A stretch of 17,213 nucleotides of DNA. Origin: Planctomycetota bacterium. GTDB taxonomy: Bacteria > Planctomycetota > SZUA-567 > H5-PLA8. The notes under the pieces are model-generated. The model saw nothing but the letters and a program-made list of their open reading frames with translations. It made no database searches and was not told the DNA's origin. Both the position numbers and the translations under genes were made by a program. This document shows positions 14,985 to 17,213 of the stretch, piece by piece. How positions within the stretch are numbered: the first letter of the stretch is position 1; the number at the start of each line of letters is the position of its first letter. The stretch covers positions 1 through 17,213 of the forward strand of contig BTVV01000130.1 in assembly GCA_045863855.1 (NCBI GenBank), read 5' to 3'.

Positions 14985-16442
14985 TCAGAGGAAGCGATGG
15001 AGCCAGGTGGCGAACGCCACGGCGCCCACCATCAGAAACAGCACGCTTAAGCAGCCTTTGGGACCGCGCTTGACCCGGGAGAGCAGGCCCCCGGTTCGCG
15101 GCAGCTTCTTGCCCGTGCCGCCCACTTCCCGCGTCGGAGCCGCATCCGGCGGCTTGCCGGCCATGACGCGCTCCAATGCCGCGATCAATTCGTCGGCCGA
15201 AGCGTAGCGTTGCTCCGGTTCCTTCGCGAGGAGCTTCAACGTGAGCTGCGCCGCGCCGCGCGAAATACCCGGCACCAGGCTGCGCGGGTCGGGCGGCGGC
15301 TGCTTTACGTGCATGACCATCACTTGCGTCGAGGATGCATGGTCGAACGGTACCTGTCCGGTCAGCATCTGGAACAACGTCGCGCCCACGCTGTACAAGT
15401 CCGCGCGGTGGTCGATGTGCTCTTTGCCCAGCGCCTGTTCGGGACTCAGGTAGTGCGGTGTCCCAATGCTCATCCCTACCGCCGTCAGCTTGGACGTGTC
15501 TTCCTGCGATTTGCCGAGCCCGAAATCGATCAGCTTCACCCGCCCATCGGACGTAAGCAGAACGTTCTCTGGCTTGATATCGCGGTGGATCAGCGAAAGG
15601 TTATGCGCGTAGGCCAGCGCCTGTGCCATTTCCTTGCAGATATGCAGTGCGTCGGCTTCAGGTATCCGCTTCTCGCGCTTCAGGCGCTGGCTAAGGCTTT
15701 TCCCGTCCACGAATTCCATCGAGAGATACGAATACCCGCCGGTCTGGCCGGCGCCCAGATACGCCACGATGTTGGGATGATTCAAGGCGCTGAGCGTTTT
15801 AACCTCGCGCTTGAAGCGCGCCAAAAACTCTGCGTCACTGGCCAAGTTCTTGGGCAACACCTTCAGCGCGACCCGGCGATTTTGCTCCTGATCCTGCGCC
15901 TCGAACACCGCGCCCATCGAACCCTCGCCAAGCTGGCGAATCAGCTCGAATGAGCCCAAGGTCTGGCGCTTGGACTTGGCCGCTGGGGCCGCGGCGGGGG
16001 ATGCTTCGGCCGGCGCCGGGGACGCCGCGCGCCGCGAACTGCTGCGCCGCGCAGGCTGGGCGGTTTCTTCGACTCGAGCACCGACCGGCGGATGCTTGGC
16101 GGTGGACGTGCCTGAGCGGCTTTTGCGCTCGGAGGTGCGCGGCGCCAATGGAGGCGGATCGGCCGCGGCCACTGCGTCCTGAGGCAATCCTTGTTCCGTA
16201 CGCAAGCGCTTCTGAGCCACCAGCACCGCAACGACCTGGCGCTGATTCAATATGCCTAATTCCACCAGCACTTGGCCGATCTGCGCCGCATGACCCGTCT
16301 GGCGCTGCTGCGCCTGGCGATCCAGCGCGGAGCGAACCTGCTCGCGCTTTAATACCCCCATCATCACGCCTACTTCGCCGAAGCGGTAGGGATAGGGTTG
16401 GCCCGATGAGGCGCCGTTGGCGGAGGAGGAGGAATCCGACAT
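14985..16442 (-). CDS. Hanks-type Ser/Thr protein kinase with N-terminal MshEN-like domain and C-terminal membrane tail
   Basis: LGEGSMGAVF, VALK, FKRE, HRDIKPEN, DFG, GTPHYLSPE, DLYSVG. N-terminal RFGEVGVMMGVL...DRQ / QIGQVLVELGIL...VAQ. Hydrophobic C-terminus. Confidence 0.95.
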   Translation of the reverse strand: MSDSSSSANGASSGQPYPYRFGEVGVMMGVLKREQVRSALDRQAQQRQTGHAAQIGQVLVELGILNQRQVVAVLVAQKRLRTEQGLPQDAVAAADPPPLAPRTSERKSRSGTSTAKHPPVGARVEETAQPARRSSSRRAASPAPAEASPAAAPAAKSKRQTLGSFELIRQLGEGSMGAVFEAQDQEQNRRVALKVLPKNLASDAEFLARFKREVKTLSALNHPNIVAYLGAGQTGGYSYLSMEFVDGKSLSQRLKREKRIPEADALHICKEMAQALAYAHNLSLIHRDIKPENVLLTSDGRVKLIDFGLGKSQEDTSKLTAVGMSIGTPHYLSPEQALGKEHIDHRADLYSVGATLFQMLTGQVPFDHASSTQVMVMHVKQPPPDPRSLVPGISRGAAQLTLKLLAKEPEQRYASADELIAALERVMAGKPPDAAPTREVGGTGKKLPRTGGLLSRVKRGPKGCLSVLFLMVGAVAFATWLHRFL

Positions 16443-16450
16443 GCGTGCGG

Positions 16451-17212
16451 TTATTTGCCGTACACCTCGGCTTGGCGCCCATACTCAAGAAGTTTGTTGC
16501 CGGCATTCCGGATCAAAGTCGCATTTTCCTTGTTTCCCCGCTTACCAAACCCAAGCAAACCACTCAAACCTTTTTCTTCCTGATCGGCCTTCTTCTCGAA
16601 TCGGGCGCGAGCGTCGATCAGAGACGCCGCCATATCCTGGGCCAATTTGCGCGCATCCGCCAGCGCCCGGCGCGCCGGTTCGTCGTCCGCGCCGCTGAAC
16701 CGCTGCTTGAATTCCGCCGGCGCGGCCGCGCAGGTCTGGTTCCAGCGCCGGAGATCGCGCCGCAGTTCTTCGGCATCCGGGTAATTGCGTTCCTTTTCCA
16801 GAACCGTGCCCACAGCTGCCAGCGCCTTCGTCGCCAAGTCGCCCAGACCGGCGTACACGCTTTCCATGCCCAAGGTGGCGTCCACGGCGGCCTTCAGCCG
16901 CTGGAGCGAGATATCGCGAGGCGACTTCTGCAGTGCGTTGGCTGCCGTGATCTGTGCATCGCGCGAACGGCCCGCGCGCAACAGCGCTTCCACGTTGGCG
17001 ATCGTTTGCGCCGTCGCGCTCGCCACGGGGGCCACCGGAGGCGCGACCGGCGGCGGGGGAGCCGGCAGCCCGACCGGGTCCGCGGGAGCGGTCGTTGGGC
17101 CTTGCAGCCGCCGGGTGACTTCAGCCATGCGTTCCGTGGCCGCCGGCCGAACTTCTTCCACCAGTTGAGCCTTCTGATACAGGCGATGCGCCTGTTCCAA
17201 ATGATTTTCTCT
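16451..17212 (-). CDS. C-terminal part of an alpha-helical (TPR-like/coiled-coil) protein, start beyond the right edge
   Basis: The frame stays open past the track's TTG to the window edge. Pro-rich linker followed by Ala/Leu helical segments. Stop is 8 nt before the kinase ATG. Confidence 0.7.
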   Translation of the reverse strand, partial: RENHLEQAHRLYQKAQLVEEVRPAATERMAEVTRRLQGPTTAPADPVGLPAPPPPVAPPVAPVASATAQTIANVEALLRAGRSRDAQITAANALQKSPRDISLQRLKAAVDATLGMESVYAGLGDLATKALAAVGTVLEKERNYPDAEELRRDLRRWNQTCAAAPAEFKQRFSGADDEPARRALADARKLAQDMAASLIDARARFEKKADQEEKGLSGLLGFGKRGNKENATLIRNAGNKLLEYGRQAEVYGK

Positions 17213-17213
17213 T

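Noticed and set aside
1..17213. CRISPR arrays, tRNA/rRNA, IS/integrase/prophage genes, Rho-independent terminators
   Set aside because: No regularly spaced repeats, RNA-gene signatures, transposase or integrase motifs, or convincing hairpin-plus-U-tract were seen by eye.

Overview
GC-rich bacterial chromosomal window with no rRNA, tRNA, CRISPR or mobile element seen. A Planctomycetota-like host is inferred from the HhH-less UvrC and the cluster of Hanks kinases. Four blocks are present. (1) A minus-strand NAD salvage operon, nadE-nrtR-pncB, with a GT-N7-AC NrtR-type palindrome overlapping its -10 box. (2) A second, almost identical palindrome sits inside the predicted promoter of a minus-strand operon that runs off the left edge. 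This operon encodes a lid-less Hsp70 with a degenerate nucleotide pocket, a PncA/isochorismatase-fold protein whose catalytic residues appear rearranged, a Zn-ribbon protein and two unknown ORFs. It is the best candidate for an undescribed NAD/ADP-ribose-responsive system. (3) A plus-strand O-antigen-ligase-family/TPR membrane protein and a Pro-rich membrane-anchored protein. (4) A minus-strand run of three Ser/Thr kinase-fold genes, each with an N-terminal MshEN-like (c-di-GMP-binding-type) tandem motif: two intact tail-anchored kinases and one pseudokinase that seems to share its own promoter with uvrC. All assignments come from motif reading by eye; no database searches were run.
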